The position numbers were made by a program, and so were the translations under genes. Source: a virus (lineage: Duplodnaviria; Caudoviricetes). Taken from it: a DNA stretch of 64,000 nucleotides. Location: the IMG/VR virus record IMGVR_UViG_3300028591_000086, positions 131,467 through 195,466 of that record. The stretch is one strand, 5' to 3'. The notes beneath the pieces are model-generated. The model did no database searches. It was given only the letters and a program-made list of their open reading frames with translations, and was not told the origin of the DNA. This document shows positions 60,948-64,000 of this stretch, in pieces (the stretch's first letter is position 1; each line of letters starts with the position of its first letter).

Positions 60948-61199
60948 ATGGCAACGACAGATTTAGATTTATTCCTGAAAAATAATGGATACGAATATGT
61001 ATCCGAAGTAGACTCAGGAGTCTATACGACAGACGGCGGAAGCTGTCTCGGACATTGGTTTGATATAGAAGCTCATGTTCTTGGAACAGCAGGAAACATG
61101 AGCCGCAATGAAATAGTTAGAGTTTATAAAAACGATGGCTATGTCATGGACGGTTGTAAAACCGGCGATCTCAATCCTGATTGGGAATGGAGTTTCTAA
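60948..61199 (+). CDS. Small hypothetical protein
   Basis: 83 aa behind the promoter cassette. Confidence 0.75.
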   Translation: MATTDLDLFLKNNGYEYVSEVDSGVYTTDGGSCLGHWFDIEAHVLGTAGNMSRNEIVRVYKNDGYVMDGCKTGDLNPDWEWSF

Positions 61200-61278
61200 T
61201 CGAATTAAAAACAGAAAACTAAATTAGTTTTCTGTACCGGATTGCTACGGTTTCTTTTTTATTCAAACGAATAAAATA

Positions 61279-62085
61279 TCATTTAATGATACTATAATAA
61301 CAAATATCACCATCATCCCAATCTCCAGAATCATCTAATGTTCCAGAAAGGCCAGATTGCTGTATAGAAGTTTTTAATTCGTTAAATATTTCATTATATT
61401 TTTCCATAAATTCGTTATAAGCATCTTCGTCTCTCGCTCTATTGTCGGTTCCTTCCCAGGCATTCCAACTAATTAGATTTAATACGGATGATTCACCATA
61501 TATAAATCGTTTTAACGAGCCATCTTCATCATCAGGATTCGATAAACCTATACCTTTATAAGATTTAAATTTGTTTAAAATCGTTGTAGTTATTTTCTTT
61601 AAAATAGCAGCTTCTTGTTTTCGTTTAGATACTATAGAAGACATATCTCTTATAACATAATTTATTTTATATTTTTTAGCAAAATTTTCAACAGTATCTT
61701 TTTCGACATTAGTGATTGTACCATTTTTAAAGAGAAAACCATATATGTCTTTAAAAACTTCTTTATTTTCTTTAATATCAACTTCTATAAATTTAAGCTC
61801 ATGTGTTTCTTTTAATTTTGAAGCATATTTTTTATCAATAAAGAAATTTCCTTTTTCAGAAGGATTAGTTTTTCCGCCGGATTTGTCGTCAACAAATCTA
61901 GCGCCGGTTACATCTGCAAAAAGGTGTCTTGCAGCTAATTCAAGTGTTTTATAAGCAAATTTATCGTTGTCGTAAGAATAACATAAACGTTTTTTATTTC
62001 CTAGACCAAATAATCCTTCATTGCTTCTTTCAGGTACAGTAACACTAATAGGACTAATACCTTCTTGATTTATAGTTATTTTCAT
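61279..62085 (-). CDS. Putative internal head protein
   Basis: GAGGT RBS; N-terminal RSNE-GLFG matches the S/A/G-x-E prohead protease site of phiKZ-like phages. Confidence 0.55.
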   Translation of the reverse strand: MKITINQEGISPISVTVPERSNEGLFGLGNKKRLCYSYDNDKFAYKTLELAARHLFADVTGARFVDDKSGGKTNPSEKGNFFIDKKYASKLKETHELKFIEVDIKENKEVFKDIYGFLFKNGTITNVEKDTVENFAKKYKINYVIRDMSSIVSKRKQEAAILKKITTTILNKFKSYKGIGLSNPDDEDGSLKRFIYGESSVLNLISWNAWEGTDNRARDEDAYNEFMEKYNEIFNELKTSIQQSGLSGTLDDSGDWDDGDICYYSIIK

Positions 62086-62233
62086 AATATTACCTCATAA
62101 TAAAGAGTTATTCGTTGTAAAGTCTTAATTTATAAATAAATTTTGGACATCATAATGACTTCTTATATACGTGTTTATTTAGGAAGTTAAACTAGTTTAA
62201 TTTCTTATTTTTATTATAGGAGGATTTAAAATT

Positions 62234-64000
62234 ATGGCAGATAATGAAATTACCAGCACTAATTTTAATGTCCGAGGATTTCTTGATGTCAGATTAGATT
62301 CTGTTTGGGCAGAATTGTCTCATTATATATCTGCTGAAGAATATAATTTGCTAAAGGCTGATATAGTCAGAGTAGCAAAAGCTAGAGGTATAACTATTGC
62401 TCAGAATATTATACCTAGTGATATTCAAAGTGGAAAGACCGTAACAGTAGATGATCTGACTAAATTGAGAGCCATGACAAAAAACACCGTTCTTTATGAT
62501 GGTGGAAAGAATGTAAATGGAAAACTCGAAAGTGAATATAAATTCTATGATGCTGATAAAATATCTAAACCATTAGCTGCACTTTATAACGAAGTAAGAC
62601 AGGTAGCCGTCGATATGAAAAACGGTGGCGGTTGTGTAGATTGTAGTACTACTTGTAAAACAGGTTGTGGAACTAACTGTTATAATACATGTCACACTCA
62701 ATGTGGTAGTTCTAACTGTGGTGCTTCTTGTGGAACATCTGGTTGTATGACTAGCTGTGATGCTGCTTGTTCTAATGAAACTTGTGGAAGCAATTGTTCT
62801 GGAACATGTGGTTCAGCTTGTAAAGGCGGATGTTATACTACATGTACCGATAATTGTACAAGTTGTACAGGTACTTGTTCTATCTCATGTGGTGGAAGTT
62901 GTGATAATACGTGTACAGGTACTTGTTCAGCATCTTGTAAAGGTGTATGTGGTTCTTCACAATGTACTGGTAACTGTTCTGCTACGTGTGGTTCTACATG
63001 TGCTAGTGGATGTACTAATGGTTGTAAAAACACTTGTTCTGGTCATACATGTACAGCCAATTGTAGTAATAATTGCGGAAGTAACTGTAGTGCATCATGT
63101 AAAGATACTTGTGGAAATACTTGTGGAAATAACTGTACTACTTCTTGTGCAAAGGAATGTAGTAAAACTTGTTCTAATGCTTGTACTGGAAATTGTGATG
63201 CTTCAGGTTGTAAAGGCACTTGTGGTGCTAGTTGTTCGGGTAATACTTGTTATGGTGAATGCACAACAACTTGTGTAGGTAAATGTTGGGGAACATGTAG
63301 TACTGGTACTTGTAGTGGTAAATGTCATAGCGCATGTGCAGGAAGCTGTGCATCTGATTGTACATCAAACTGTGGTGATGGTTGTAAAAATACTTGTTCA
63401 ACAGGTAATTGTAAAGACAATTGTAGTGGAACATGTGCTAATGGATGTAAAGATAGTTGTTACAACGTTTGTACTGGACAATGCGGTGCTAACTGTGCAA
63501 GTAAAACTTGCTATGGTGGTTGTGAAACCGTTTGTACTAGTAAATGTAGTGGAACATGTAGTACTGGTACTTGTACTGGTAAATGTCATAGCGCATGTGC
63601 AGGAAACTGTGCATCTGATTGTACATCAAACTGTGGTGATGGTTGTAAAAACACTTGTTCAACAGCTCGTTGTAAAGACAATTGTAGTGGAACATGTTCT
63701 AATGAATGTAAAGGTAGTTGTTACAACGCTTGTACTGGGGATTGTGGCAGTAGTTGTTCTGGTAAAACTTGCTATGGTAGTTGTGAAACCGTTTGTACAG
63801 GTAGATGTAAAGGAACATGTGCAGCTACTTGTACTGGTAAATGTTATGTAGCATGTGGTGGAAGCTGTGCATCTGATTGTATATTAAACTGTGGTGATGG
63901 TTGTAAAAATACTTGTTCAACAGGTAATTGTAAAGACAATTGTAGTGGAACATGTGCTAATGGTTGTGAAGATAGTTGTTACGACGCTTGTACTGGGGAT
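62234..64000 (+). CDS. Giant Cys-rich CxxxC-repeat protein, runs off the right edge (not in ORF track)
   Basis: AGGAGG RBS, ATG 62234; 133-aa Cys-free N-domain, then at least 456 codons with Cys every 4th-5th residue; 86-87-aa higher-order repeats. Confidence 0.9.
   Translation, partial: MADNEITSTNFNVRGFLDVRLDSVWAELSHYISAEEYNLLKADIVRVAKARGITIAQNIIPSDIQSGKTVTVDDLTKLRAMTKNTVLYDGGKNVNGKLESEYKFYDADKISKPLAALYNEVRQVAVDMKNGGGCVDCSTTCKTGCGTNCYNTCHTQCGSSNCGASCGTSGCMTSCDAACSNETCGSNCSGTCGSACKGGCYTTCTDNCTSCTGTCSISCGGSCDNTCTGTCSASCKGVCGSSQCTGNCSATCGSTCASGCTNGCKNTCSGHTCTANCSNNCGSNCSASCKDTCGNTCGNNCTTSCAKECSKTCSNACTGNCDASGCKGTCGASCSGNTCYGECTTTCVGKCWGTCSTGTCSGKCHSACAGSCASDCTSNCGDGCKNTCSTGNCKDNCSGTCANGCKDSCYNVCTGQCGANCASKTCYGGCETVCTSKCSGTCSTGTCTGKCHSACAGNCASDCTSNCGDGCKNTCSTARCKDNCSGTCSNECKGSCYNACTGDCGSSCSGKTCYGSCETVCTGRCKGTCAATCTGKCYVACGGSCASDCILNCGDGCKNTCSTGNCKDNCSGTCANGCEDSCYDACTGD

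Noticed and set aside
62757-63851. Val-rich ORFs 62757..63278 and 63315..63851 and nearby minus-strand ORFs
   Set aside because: Off-frame shadows of the TGT-rich Cys-repeat gene starting at 62234
1-64000. Stop-codon reassignment
   Set aside because: Long conserved genes are intact in code 11, TAG and TGA end genes normally, and no suppressor tRNA is present

Overview
A 64-kb, very AT-rich segment of a jumbo phage genome. It looks phiKZ/AR9-like (multisubunit phage RNAP) and probably infects an anaerobe. It reads in the standard code and nearly all genes are on the + strand. Recognisable genes: a split RNAP beta C-half, a probable AR9 gp226-like promoter-specificity subunit, RecA/UvsX, SbcC/Rad50, dUTPase, a dTMP-kinase-like protein, HU-like and histone-H1-like proteins, a virion structural block, and class III RNR nrdD/nrdG. 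nrdD is split by three group I introns, two of which carry LAGLIDADG or HNH homing endonucleases. Two ORFs run off the window edges and are missing from the ORF track: a minus-strand gene (<1..1577) and a giant CxxxC-repeat protein (62234..>64000). The most unusual content is RNA. A ~2.1-kb ORF-free array (13.07-15.17 kb) alternates real tRNAs (two identical Asp, Gln, intron-containing Leu) with a D-armless tRNA-like RNA, a tRNA shell whose anticodon arm is replaced, a ~600-nt ornate ncRNA candidate and several 100-210-nt structured RNAs. A second locus (36.9-37.2 kb) holds a tRNA scaffold and a hairpin that display C/U-rich loops complementary to ribosome-binding/start regions. Other leads: a stripped IS110/Nop-like protein, a -1 slippery site extending the H1-like protein, and a candidate replication origin. 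All family assignments come from motif recognition by eye; no searches were run.
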